Source: Glaucostegus cemiculus
Taxonomy: Eukaryota
Direction of reading: 5' to 3'
Length of the DNA: 64,000 nt
Assembly (NCBI GenBank): GCA_976551045.1
Contig: CDPCPM010000056.1
Location: 6,324,001 to 6,388,000 of the forward strand
Shown: positions 25,911 to 39,005 of the stretch, piece by piece
Layout of the letters: every line of letters begins with the position of its first letter
Position numbering within the stretch: the first letter of the stretch is position 1
Program-made: the position numbers and the translations under genes
Notes under the pieces: generated by a model
What the model was told of the DNA's origin: nothing
Seen by the model: only the letters and a program-made list of their open reading frames with translations
Database searches by the model: none

Positions 25911-26535
25911 ACTGCAAGTATTCCTTAAGCAACCTCCACACTTCCACTGTGGACTTTCCCCAAGAACATCTGTTCCCAATCTACACTACCAGGTTCCTGC
26001 CTAATAGCGTCATAATTCCCCTTCTCCAATTAAATACTTTCCTATATAGTCTGTTGCTATCCCTTTCCAAGGCTATGGTAAAGGCCAAGGAGTTATGGTC
26101 ACTGTCTCCAAAATGGTCTCCCACTGAGAGATCTGGAACCTGATCAGGCTCATTACCTAGTACCAGGTCCAATATGGTATTCTCTAGTTGATCTGTCCAC
26201 ATACTGTGCCAAGAATCCTTCCTGGTCACACCTAACAAACTCTGTCCCATTTACCCCCTTTACACTAAGGAGGTGCCAATCATTATTAGGGAAGTTGAAA
26301 TCACCAATGACGACAACCCTGTTATTTTTGCACCCCTCCAAAATCTGCCTCCTGATCTGCTCCTCAGTGTCTCTGCTGCTGTTGGCGGGTCTGTAGCATA
26401 CTCCTGATAGAGTGATCATTTCCCTCCTGTTTCTGACTTCCACCCACACTGACTCAGTGGACGAGCCCTCTAGGACATCCTCCCTTTCTGCAGCTGTGAC
26501 ACTGTCCCTGATCAGCAAAGCCACTCCCCACTCAA
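25911..26535 (-). mobile_element. CR1 LINE endonuclease (APE) fragment
   Basis: GVALLIRDSV, VVVIGDFNFP and ILDLVLGNEP...GDHFGDSDHN. Confidence 0.88.
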
Positions 26536-27149
26536 ACCAAAGAACTTTTAAATACTGATGTAATGACATTTTATTTATATAGTTTAATTTTTCAGAACCA
26601 AAGGGTTCTAAGTGACAGTGTTATCACTTAGTTCACAAAAATCTTGGGAAATGCAGCAGTGCAATATTGAAAGTGTTTTACAGTTGGAAATGCCGTCTTT
26701 TAGAAAAGGTGTCAAGCAAGGTCACATGAATGTAGAAAAATAGCATTGCACTATTTTGACAAGAGCAGTGTCATTATTCCCTATGCCTTAACCAATATTT
26801 ATTACACAATAAATGTCTTTTTGGTGTTGAGAGCTTACTGTGCACAAGATGGCTGTTTTTTGTTTAATATCAAAATAAGTCATTACAGATCAAAAAGTCC
26901 ACTTTAGACCATAAAGTGCTTTGGATGGCCTGATGAAGAACCTTCTAATTTGAAACGTTAATTGTGTTTCTCTTTCCATAGATGCTTGCTGACCTGCTGT
27001 AAATGACTTGCTGAGTGTTTCCAGTGTTTTCTATTTTTGTTCCAGATTTTTGGCATGTTCAGCTTTTGATTTGCTCTTGGAAGTACAGAAGTTGTGACTG
27101 CAGTATGCCAGTAAACTTGTTTGCACCTCATTTGTTAACATAGGATCTT

Positions 27150-28030
27150 TGAAAATGAGGATAGGTAATTAAGGCTCATTCCACCATTCAACACGATCGT
27201 GGCTGATCATCCACATCAGTATTCTGTTCCTGTCTTCTTTCCATATCTTTTGATCTCTGTGGTATTGTGAAATATACCTACCTCATTCTTGAATATACTT
27301 GATTTGTGGTAGAGAATTCTACAGATTCATTACCCTCTGAGTGAAGAAATTTTTCTTGATTTAATTTCTAAATGGTCTATCCTGCACCATAAGGGTCTGG
27401 CCCTGGTTCTGGACTCTCCAACTATGGGGAATATACTTTCTGTATTTAATTTGTTTGATCCTGTTAGAAGTTTATAGCTTTCTGAGAGATTCCCTTGTTC
27501 TTCAAAACTCCAATGACTATGGGTCTAACCAGCTGAAACTCTCCTTGTGTGTGAAATGTGCCATCCTAGGAATCAGTCTAGTAAATTTCATTGCACTCCC
27601 TCCATGGCAAGCAACTTCTTCCTCAGATGAGAAAGCTGCACACAACTCCAGATGCAGTCTTATCAAGGCTCTGCAAAGCTGCAGCATGACATGCTTGCTC
27701 CAGTATAAAAATCCTTTTGCAATGAAAGGCCATCATACTGTATCAGTTGCTTCCCTAATTGCTGTCTACACCTGAATGCTTGCTTTCAGCTGCTGGTATA
27801 CAAGGGCACCCAAGTCTCATTGCATTATCCATTTTCCCAATCTGTCATCTTTTAGATAATGTCATTTTGTTTTTAAACAAAGTCAGTAACCTCATATTTT
27901 TCCATGCTAAACTGCAACTACCAGGCATTTGTACGTGTACTCAATTTATCTAAATTCAGTTGGAGCATCTTTGCATCCTCCTTGCAATTTATAATCCCCC
28001 CCTCCTCCCCCTCGGCTTTGTGTCATTTAC
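27150..28030 (-). mobile_element. Old CR1-group LINE 3' fragment
   Basis: CCATTCAACACGATCGTGGCTGATC 3'-end motif and degenerate RT C-terminal sequence. Confidence 0.6.
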
Positions 28031-28577
28031 AAGCTTGTGTTTTTTACAGTGTAAAAATGTGCTTGTTTTAGAAATACACAGATTTTAAGTTCTCACTGAT
28101 TTTGTGTTAATTGCATCTGTGAAGCCTGTAGAACAGCAGAATATCACTGACAGCAGCTGCCTGGATTTTCATATTTAACTATGCATGGGAAATTGCTGGA
28201 AGTTGTTGTCAATTTTGACAATAAGACCAGTGGTTCCTTGGTCATTATTATTGCAAATTCTAAGTAGAAACTTGGTCTCATTCAGGAAGGGTTGAAGGCA
28301 ATGCAAAATGTGCATCCCCAAATGTCCCTTCAGAGATGGGAAAGGAGTTTGATTTAATCTGTTGCTGTCATTTTCACCACATCTTTGACTCAAATTTAAT
28401 GGCAGTATTGACAATAGTCTATATTAATATCAAAGCAAATGATTTTGAATGTGATCATACTTCCACTAAGATGAAACTTATAAATTTTGATTTTACATTC
28501 ATTTCATTTGACAAAACAATGCTGCCTTTTACAACTTTCTTTGGAGTTGTATTTCTAAAGCAGTTGCAAATTAAAGT

Positions 28578-28634
28578 CCTGTCCTTGTTGAAAGAAATAA
28601 CTTGTGACCTGTCTTTGTTGAAAGAAGTAACTTG
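28578..28634. repeat. 30-bp-period tandem duplication
   Basis: CCTGTCYTTGTTGAAAGAARTAACTTG x2. Confidence 0.85.
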
Positions 28635-30879
28635 GATTTCTACAGCACCCGTTCAGAATGGCTCAAAATGCTTCACAGTATTGTAGGGTAGGAATCACAG
28701 CCAATTTGTTTACAGTAAGCTCTCAGAAACAGCACTATGGTAATAAGCTCTTTCAGTAATATCAATTGTAGTCAGTGAGAATTTTTAAATTGTAGTCACT
28801 TGGAAATTCTGGCTAAGCAAGGATTGGGTAGCTTTTTTATCAACTGGCACAGATCTGTTGTTTCCATATTGGAAATGTTCTATTTTTCTACAAAGGGGAA
28901 CCTCCCTCATGCTTTGTTCTGTCTCTGCATTTCATGTTCCCTCGTATAACATTGTGGGTCTCTTCCATTACATTTTGGGCACATTCACCATTCCCTCCCA
29001 CCCAGCTCCTCCTTTTACTTTGTCATTGTTCCAGATTCCACGCTTAATACTTGTAATCTATATTGAAAACGTTATGCAAATTTTCAACCTTGATAGTTTT
29101 GCACTGCTCGATAGCTGCTGGGGATGATGTAGCTAGCCTGAAGATTCAGAGGGGAAAGACATGAAATTAAAAGGAAATAAGGAATGAATGCAAGGGTGTT
29201 GTATGTAAGGAAACCTGATGACGGTATCTGGAGAAAGCATAAATGGGAAGAATGAGAGGTAGAGGAAATTGTCAGGTGCAGGTGAATATGAAAGAAGATT
29301 GTGAATGTGGGCAGAGAGAAAATGGCCAATCTGAGCTACATGAGGGTATGTAAACACTTTTCAGGAAAAGCAGCAAAGGGATTGGCCAGGAGATGCCATT
29401 GCACTCAGCAAAATGATTCCAGATTATAATTGATATCCTTGGTGTTCTAATATCATTTTAAAAATAATAGGGAACTGATGTTTGGCATTTTTGATTACTG
29501 TATATATTTATGGTTGCTTCCTTTCAACACAAGGGCTAATTGGGTGGTATTAAGATAATCCTTAACTCCATATCTTTTTTGAAAACCAACACATTAAATT
29601 TACTAATTTTTATCAAAATGTCCAGGTTGCTGTCATTGGGGCGGGAGGTACGTTTGGAGATATGCAGAAATTATTTTGAAAGCCCTGTTTAGCCTGATAA
29701 CTTTATAAATGAATTACTTTGGTGCCTCAATGTCAAAGCTAATTTTTTATAATTCACATTACTTGTGCTCTTTTAGTGATGAATCAGTTTTACAACAAAC
29801 TCCTGCAATACTTAAAATTTCTACTTAAGCTGTTAAATTTTTGTTTAGCCAGCATGCACAGATTTGTGCTGCATTTGTTTTCTACTGTGATAAATACTCA
29901 GACCTTCTATCAATGATAAGTACATTGGGTCTGCTATCATTGGTAAATATATTGCCCCAGTATTAAATCAATTCTTCCTCAAATTGCAGGTAATTAATTG
30001 GATTAATTTGCTCTTTTAATTTACACGTACTACTGAAATAGCTTGCTATTGATTGTTATATAATTTCATTATCCTTTATTATTAATCATGATAGACAGGC
30101 TCTGGTGACGGATAAGAGAAGGTTGTCTCTCTCCAAAACACCAGAACTAACATCTTAGGAACTGATCCTCCTGAAGTCCTTTGATTTTCTAATATGTGTT
30201 TTTTTTACTACTTTCCTGGTTTGAATGAAAGACTTGAGTTCTAATTTATATTGAATCTAATTCATAGCCTGAATGTGGAAACACAGTTATCAATGCTTGC
30301 TTCATGCCAACCATCTTGAGTTAAAATGTATTGGCATTGTACATGTTTAGATAAATGGTTAATGAGCTCAGAAAATGTTTTAATAGACAGTATTATTGAT
30401 AACTTGTACATTTTTGGCCTTTTAAACCTATTGATGATAGTGACTGGCCAAATCAACCCTGTCATTACTGGATCAGGACAGAAGATGAGTACTCTGACTT
30501 CTGACGATTCAAAGCTTTATAGTTTATAAGGCTTAGGGAAATGATGAAATACTCATCACTAGTGCCAATAATAACACTCTCCTCAAAGCTGCTGCAAGTA
30601 GTAAGCTAGCGACAAAAGGTCTTTAAGGCTAGCTACTCAGACAATGAAAAGATACAAAATGGGTTACTGGAACTAATATTGCTTGCTTTATCCATGAATG
30701 GTGTGGATACTGCATTGGAATAAGTTTTGAAATTTTAAAGATGATCTCATTTAGCTGCTTTGGAGCAACAATTAAAGTCCAGTTTGTTATCCAGCCTAAT
30801 CCACTTGAGGAAAGGGGCTGTATCTCTGCATTGTCCCCATTAAATTTGTATAGAGGGTAGAGTCTATGTACAGTATGTG

Positions 30880-31430
30880 GTCAATTAAGTACTTGGCATT
30901 GCCAGACTGCAGTCTGCAGACCTAATACCCCATTTGTACATCGTGTGACCATAGTGGCCATGCCTGGTTAGGATCTGATTTAAAGCCTCTCTTATTCCTT
31001 TATGCAAGGTCAAAACCAGAAATTGAATTTTAATTCTAGTCATTGATTTCATTCTGAACTTGCTGCATTTTTCTATCTTGGAAGTGCTTGTGCACATGTC
31101 TGGAAAGGATTCAATGAGGCCAAGCAGTGAGCTGTGCAGTTCTTTAAATCCCTACGGAAAGGGAGGTCCAAATGTCATCCATGTTGTTGTCCTCGCTGTT
31201 CGTAGCTTTCTTACAGTGAAAGTCTGAGCAATATCGGCCAGCATCAGTAATCTTTGAATTGGCTTAAAGTTTAGGATTCCAGTGATAGCAGGCATTGTGG
31301 AATTTAACTGGACAGTCAGTTGAGACAAGTGCATGGAGTTTAGCCACTGAGAAAATTGATGCAATAACATAGCGCTGGGTACCACCAATGTGTATTCCAG
31401 CTTGCTCTTGCATTGGTGACCTTGCTCTTG
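30880..31430 (-). mobile_element. Ancient Ingi/Vingi-like (I group) LINE relic
   Basis: WLNS...VQLNSTMPAITG and LNQILTRHGHYGHTMYKWG resemble the post-RT region of these elements. Confidence 0.55.
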
Positions 31431-34400
31431 ATCTTTGCAGCATTTTTTTTTATATAAAGTTAATTAAAAACAATAATTAAGGTGCGATGATGTACTTTAA
31501 GTAGAATGGTATTGGTAGCAATTTTTCTTCCTAAGAAATGCCAGTATGGTAAATAGAAAATGCTGAAAACACTCACCAGGTCAGGAACCCGACAAGGTTA
31601 GAGAAGCACATACATTTTGAGTCAAAGATCCCTTAGAAATGGGAAAGGAGAAGACAGATTAGCTTCAAGCTGTAGAGAGGATGGGAGAGGGATAGTGAGG
31701 ACAAAAGGAAAATATCTGATAGGGTGAGGCCAGGTTCTGTAGGGATAAGTTGTAGAGGCCATCAGGTCAAAGGGTTAATAGGGCAGAAGGAAAGAAAAAA
31801 ACAAAAGCTATAATGCTGACAAAGGAACATGAAAAGATGTGAAGTGCAAGGCTTAGAATATATCTGGCAGGTCAGGCAGTACTATCAACCTCATATTTTG
31901 CACCTTTTCATGCTACTTTTATTCTCTGCATTTTCACTGTCTACCATCAGTTCTTTCTTTCTCTTTAATCATCCATGTTTTATTTTAAACCCAGAGACTG
32001 CTTTTGGAATATGGAGTTTGTTGTTATAAGCTGAGGTAAATATCATGGATGCATTTAAGAATCATGCAGCATAGAAGTAGATCCTTCAGCCCACCTGTTC
32101 ATGCCAATCATCAAGTACCTATCTATACTAATCCTATTTTCTAGCACTGGTCTGTAGCCTTCTATGCCTTGGAGATTCATTTTCATTTTGTTATAGATCC
32201 ATTTTGCGCAATGGGATGCTCTCTAAAAGAAACACAATATTCTTCTAGGATTTGTGGTTTTGGGCGATGTGGCTGTTAAAGTTAATTTTACATTCTATGT
32301 CAAACATTGTAGCTTCAAAGAAAGGAAGCAAAATTGATTTCAAATTTCTGTAAGGAGATGAGAACCAACCTTACCATCAAGTATATATAGACCAATACTT
32401 CATGGTAATCTAAAAAGGAACTTAATCTGCAAAGAGTATTAAAATACTGAATTTTCATCCAGATACATTTTTTTCAATGCAACCTGAAGAAATACAATCT
32501 TTCTGTTTAAGGATGTATGATAAACTCTTGTTTTGCAGTCCAGTGGAATCATCTTAATAGGTTGTTGTCTGATGTGCACAAAAATAGCTGCTTAAAAACT
32601 TATTCATTTTTTGGTTTTTGGGTGTAAGCAACAAACCAACATCTTATTGTACATCCCTAGTTTCTCTTTAGAAAATGCTGGTGATCCACTGCCTTGGACC
32701 ACTGCAGATCACCTGGCGAAGGTACTCCCACATTGCTTTTGGGTAGGGAGCTCCAGGGTTTATCTGCAGTGACAATGGAGTGGCAATAAATTTCTAAGTT
32801 AGGATAGTATGCAATTTGGAGGGAAATTTGCAGTTTGTGTTCCCATGCATCTGAGGATGACGTTCTTGGTGGTAGAGGTCACATGTTTAGGAGGTGCTGT
32901 TGGAGTAGTCTTGGTCAGTGACTGCAGTGCATTTTGTAGATGGTGAATGCTGCTTTGTTCTGGATGCTGTTGAACATCCTATTTGACTATTCATAATTTG
33001 ATATTTTTGTTCATGAATGAAGGATAGCAAATTCTTCATGGTGTAACACAGCTGATGAACTAATGCACTTTTCAATGCTTGATTTTACCATCAAGAAGGT
33101 TTTTTTCTCTGCATTAGTTCTTTAGTTTGAATATAAATGAGTTTTCAGGGAAAAGAGGTCTTGAGTAACTGGAGGAGTGGGAAAGATCAGGTTCTTACAT
33201 GCCCTCAAATTTTTGTAAAAAATATTGGCGAAAAATAAATGTTTATATGAAATTCATTGTTTTTTTGCACATTTAAGGAGATGGTCGATGATGTTGAAAA
33301 GAGTATTCTTGTTGTGGACCTCCAAAGACAAGTCCAACAGCAACCCAGGAAAATATGAAAGGAATTAGTTAATTAAATCACTACTGTTTTGACCCTATGT
33401 AAATTCCAGCAGAGTTCATCAATTTTTTCAGTGTGATATTTTGATTTTTCTTCATTAGGAGCCATATATCATGAGAACAGACTCTTGATTGTTAATTAGC
33501 TTTTATTTCTGCTTTGAAAGGAGCATGATATTCTATTATACTTTATGCCTGCTTGCTTCTTTAGGGTTCAAAATATCAAAAAATACATGTGTTGATTTGA
33601 CTTTCAAACAAAAATGTTTGAGCAGGAACTGATATAAAAACGAGTTTGGGCCACTTCAGTAATTAACAAATAAAATATTCTGTCTTCCTCTTTGCCACCA
33701 TCACCTACTCCCTTGCCTTTCCATTACTCAGATAAGATCTGAGAAAACACTTGCTGACAGTGCAAAAGGATTTAATCCATTTGATGCTGGAAGAAATCTA
33801 GCATATTAAAATTCCAGGTATAGAACTTGGGTAGGGAAGTAATTCTCAAGAGTAATGGGAAACTTAGCATATTCAAAGAATGATTTGGAATTTTTTTGTA
33901 GCACTTTTAATGACTGAACAGCTCCAAAATGGAAGATGCTTGGTTTTAATTTATGCTAAATAACTGGAGAAATAGCTTAATTTATTTCCACAGCTCTTTT
34001 AATGCATCTAGGAAATGCACCTTGTAATTTTATGCAAACCTGTTGTGTGCTAGTTAAAACTTCTAATGTATAAGTTATAATTTTCCAAAACTTTGTAAAG
34101 CTCATTTCTTTTGCCTATTAACTTCCTGGTTCTTGTAAATCTTACATCCTGCGATACTTTATAGTGAGATATTTAATTGTTCTCCAAGGCCTTTCTGTTA
34201 ATCATTTATGAAAGTTAACCTTAATTGGAACTAGGTTGTATAGCACTGCGATGAATGGACTTCAATGAAACATAATGTTATATGTTACGGTTGTAATCAG
34301 AAAACTCAACTTTTCTTCACTATAATTTTCTTTTGCTTTTTCAATACACCTCAAATCTCAACTTCTCTTGATATGTCATTTTTATCTCTCCATGTTTATT

Positions 34401-35344
34401 TACACCAATGAATTACTGTGCAATGTTACAGAGCTGCCAGATTTTCCTCATTCCTATTGTTAACAATTTGCTGACCACTACATTTATCTATTGGCAAAAG
34501 CATTTTGTTAGGAACTATTTTTCCTTTTACTAAGAAGCAAAATATTTGGCTATGTAACTCTAGTTATTTATGCTCTATAGGCTGGGATATGGCTGCTTTA
34601 GTACATAGCTGAAGATCAAATTAAATCTGCTTGTTTTGGCAGTGGCATTCCCAATATTAACTTGGTGTATTCATTGCATTATACATATGCATTTACTTTT
34701 TGCTTTAAATACATATACACAAGTTACCTGATGAAGAACCTTGAGACACTGAGGAGTCATAGGATACTGAAGCTAATGTAAGTGGATATTGATTGCAGAG
34801 TTCTACTAAATTAGCCACTCACAGCTTGGTAAGAATTAGACCAAACTCCTGCATTTCTGGCCTGGGGCAAGTAAATATTATTAAAATCCATCATAAATCA
34901 GAATGACATTCATCACAATTTATTATTGTTTGTCTCGAGGAATATCCCAGAACTTCTCCAGAAGGCAAAAAAGATCAAGAAGGGGCCAATTCAAGATTAA
35001 ATAGCCTGCACTTTTATTTTTGCAGGCTCATGTTAGGAAGTTGTTTGCAAGTTTGCTCTTTTATCTCCTCGGACTGTTTGGTAGTGCTACACTCCCAAGT
35101 TTATGATTGCCTCTTTTTTTTAGTTCAACCCATCTAACCTAATTTGACAATTGTATTATTCGTTCTGAGGGCTGTGATTGTTTCTTTAACCAAAATTCTC
35201 TTTAATCCCTCTATTTCGTCTGGAAAAACAATTACATATAACTGTCAGTTCTGGTCCTCTTTAACCCATTTTGCCTTAATATCTGTTAATTTTTTCCATG
35301 TGCCTGCAAATGCCCTTACTCACTGTAAGGCAAATGAGTTGAGG

Positions 35345-35710
35345 GCAACACACAAAAACCTGGAGGAATTCAGTCAGCATCTATGGAGGGAAGTGGACTG
35401 TCAACATTTTAGGTCGAGGCCCTCCATCTGGACTGAAAGATAGAGGGGAGGTAGCCAGTATAAAAAGGTGGTGGGAAGGGATGGAGCAAAAGCAGGCAGG
35501 CGATGGGTGGATCCAGGTGAGGGGGGGTGATTGAGGGAGGGGGGAGAGTGGGAATGGGGTCAGAAGCTGGGAGGTGATAGGTGGAAGTGTCAAAGCGCTG
35601 AAGGTGATGGAATCTGATAGGAGAGAAAGGTGGAGCATGGAATAAAGGGAGGGAGGTGGGGTGGGGAAACATTGGGGGGAGTGTGTGGGTGATGGACAGA
35701 TCCATGGAAG
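35345..35710 (-). repeat. Penelope-like-element terminal repeat fragment (abundant GATGCTGCCTGACCTGCTGAGTTCCTCCAG family)
   Basis: Same motif recurs at ~1640-1830, 7055-7190, 18480-18770, 19090-19210, 26930-27070, 31555-31630, 37165-37250, 37945-38300, 39060-39210 and 49545-49690. The family assignment is from recall. Confidence 0.55.
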
Positions 35711-38309
35711 CATGATAACATAATTAGGTATAAACCAATAAAAACAACCAGATTATTCTTTAACCTTTTTTGCTTTGCTTTTGAAACTCATTCATTTTCT
35801 GCTTTCATTTTTCCAGTTCAGCTCTTGATTTCTTTTGTCCTGCTGAACTATCTTAAATGCTTCCCAGCAATGTTAACAAAAATCTTTCAACCTGTACAAC
35901 TCCCACCTTCCCTACATCTGATTCGAAAGATCTATCTTTACACTACTTTCATCTGCACTATCCTCCCATTTCTACGTTAAGTGGGCTTTGCACTAGGAGA
36001 TTACCACCTTTGAGGTCCTGCGATTTGGTCTTTGTCCAAACCTTAAAATCTGCCCACTGGACAGACACTTGTCATTGATATGTATATTGGCCATTTGTTA
36101 TTTATCCTCATCCCTGCAGAGTGTTCAGAGATACCCTTGACCCTAATACTGGGGAGGTAACTTACAATCTTGGACTCCTGCCTGTGACCACAGAAACATC
36201 TGGTCCATTGACTATGAATCCTCTTTTTTTTGTCCTCTTAACCTTTTTCCCCCTCAACTTGAATGGTCTACTAGAAGTTTATAAAACAAAACAAAAAAAA
36301 AGATCAAGTAAGATCTCGTTTCAGGTTTCCTCAAATTCAATTAATGAAGCACTTGAATACATGAGTGAACTTTGTGCCATAAAGCAGAAATTTTTTGAAA
36401 AGAATGTCCTTATTTTGCATGTATTTGTAAATCTAATATGAATGGGGTATGATTTTGGAAGGTAGAATTGTCTTGCCAGTGGCTGTTGATGATTTTTAAT
36501 AGGATTTCAACTGAGGCTGTAAGCAAACAATTATGCATGTCTCAGAGATTATTAGATGGATTCCTTGATAAGGTCAGATAATGTACATGCACTTTAAGCT
36601 TTCCAACTATTGTCACATGAGCATACAATAATGACTGTTCCAGTGCGGTTGTCTCCCTGAGACTTAAATGTAATTTGAAAGGTTTGCCTAAAAACTGTTA
36701 GTGGTTTTGACCCAACCAGCAAGTGACAAAGGCTATATTTATCAAAGTGTTGCTTCCGCTATATTTCAATTGACATGAAAATGACAAGTCTAGATCATTC
36801 ATTCATGCTTATTTTGAAAGCCTAATCAACCAGAAGTTTGCCCAATTCTTTGGAGTTCAGTAGTATTTTTAATGGAGAAGAAGATTAAATAGGGCAGTAA
36901 AAGCCCTCGGCAGACCACTTTAGTTGCATGCAGATGCTTTCCTGTTTTTTAAAACTACAAGCAGTGATGCTGCCTCTCCTTAGAATTACTTGAAACACAA
37001 TACCCTAATACAACTGAAATTTCTACTGTCCCAATGAAAACAATGATCAAACACTGTTTGCATTTTTCTAATGCATGTCTTTGCACATTTAACAGCAGCA
37101 AATGCCATACTGTTACCCTGCACTGCTAATGACGTCTGGATAATTGAAAATTCAGGAACTGCTGCCGCTGGAAATCTGAAATAAAAACGGGAAATGCTGG
37201 AAACACTCTGTTGACCTGCTGAATGGTTCCAGCATTTTCTGTTTTTATTTATGGCTGGATAGATGTCTGAAATAATATTTGGAGTGATGAGTCATCTAGT
37301 AATATTAAGTAAGCAAAAAATGCAATCCATTGAATATTGAGGCAGAAATTCATCAAGAAATTAATAATCATCAAAAAAGTAAGATCAAATCTCATTTAAT
37401 TTTTTTCTGAGGCTGCTTGCTCATTTCATCATGCCTCTCTGTCAGTTTCTAGCCTAAGGTGGCAGGATTCTGTTTCAAGGGTTCTGTAATGCTGCTATGT
37501 AAGCTAGCTCTGGGAAGGAGGATTTTTCTTGAGCAGAGGGAACTAATTCAGTGCAATGTTTTTAACAGCCTGGTTGCAGAAGCACTGAAGAATAGTGAGG
37601 TCATTCTTTCATTAGTTTATGTACTCATCTAACCAAGTCTGAATAACTAGCAGTATGGTTGTGCTTTAAAATAGCCTATTCAAATGAATTCAGTTTCTAT
37701 CAAAATTACTTTTAACACTTCAACTAGTGTTGTATAATGGAATATAGTTTAATATTTACTATTCATGGAAATGATATTAGTTTAATTTTCTTGTAAATGT
37801 TATCCATAATGGATATTTAATCACCCCCAGTTTATTGGGTTTAATATTTTCTCCCTTTTTCTGAACTGTAATTTATTATTTATTTAAAAATCCTCTTATC
37901 ACTAACTGGAATAAAAACATACCAAATTAGCTTTTTAACTTTGGAGAAACAAATAATCTGCTGGAACTCAGTGGGTTGAGCAGCATCTTTGGGAGAGAGG
38001 AATTGTCAATGCTTTGGGGTCGGGACCCTGCATCAGCATTGAGAGTGAAGATGGCCAGTAGAGAGAGAGGGCAAGGAGTGAGATGGGGGCCAGTAGGTGA
38101 TTGGTGGAGGAAGGAGGGGTGAAGGATGATGGGCAGTTGGATCCAGGTGGGGAGATGGTGGGAGGCAGGTGAGTGATGGGTGGAAGCAGACAAAGGGGGG
38201 GAAAAAAGGCACATGTAGCCAGGTGGGGTAAGGGAGGTTGAAGTTGGAGATGGCTGCTGGAAGGTGATGAGCAGCAACACGAAGGCTACTGGTGCTCAAA
38301 TCCGAAACA

Positions 38310-39005
38310 GATTTAGCATCACTGACTTGTATGACATGACATTTGTTGTTTTGTAGCAGTATAGTGCAGAGACATAAAATTACTATAAGTTATAAAAGTA
38401 AATATATAGTGCAAAAGAGGAATAACGAGGCAGTGTTTATGGACCATTCAGAAATCTGATGGTGGAGGGGGAGAAGCTGTTCCTAAATTGTTGTGTGGGT
38501 CTTCAGGCTCCTGTACCACCTCTCCAATGGTTGTAATGCGAAGAGCGCATGTCCCGGATGGTGAGGGTCCTTAATAATGGATGCCACCTTCGTGAGACAT
38601 CAAAGTGTTGGACCCAGGATAGATCCTATGAAATGTTGATGCCCAGGAATTTGAAGGTGCTCACCCTTTCCACTGCAAACCCCTCAGTGAGGACTGGCGT
38701 GTGTTCTCCCAACTTCCCCTTCCTGAATTCCACAATCAATTCCTTGGTCTTGCTGATGTTGAGTGTGAGGTTGTTGTTGTGACACCACTCAATCAGCCGA
38801 TCTAACTCATTTCTGTATGCCTCTTTGTCGCCATCTGAGGTTCTACCAACAACAGTGCTGTCATTGGTGAACTTATAGATGGCGTTTGAGCTGTGCTTGG
38901 CTTATACAGTCATGAGTGTAGAGAGAGAGTAGTGGGCTAAGCACGCATCTGTGAGATGTGCCTGTGTTAATTATCAGTGAGGAGGAGATGTTATTATCGA
39001 TCTGC
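38310..39005 (-). mobile_element. Rex1/Babar LINE fragment, inserted within or between Penelope-type repeat pieces
   Basis: LIINTGTSHRCVLSPLLSLYTHDC RT motif on the minus strand. Confidence 0.7.
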
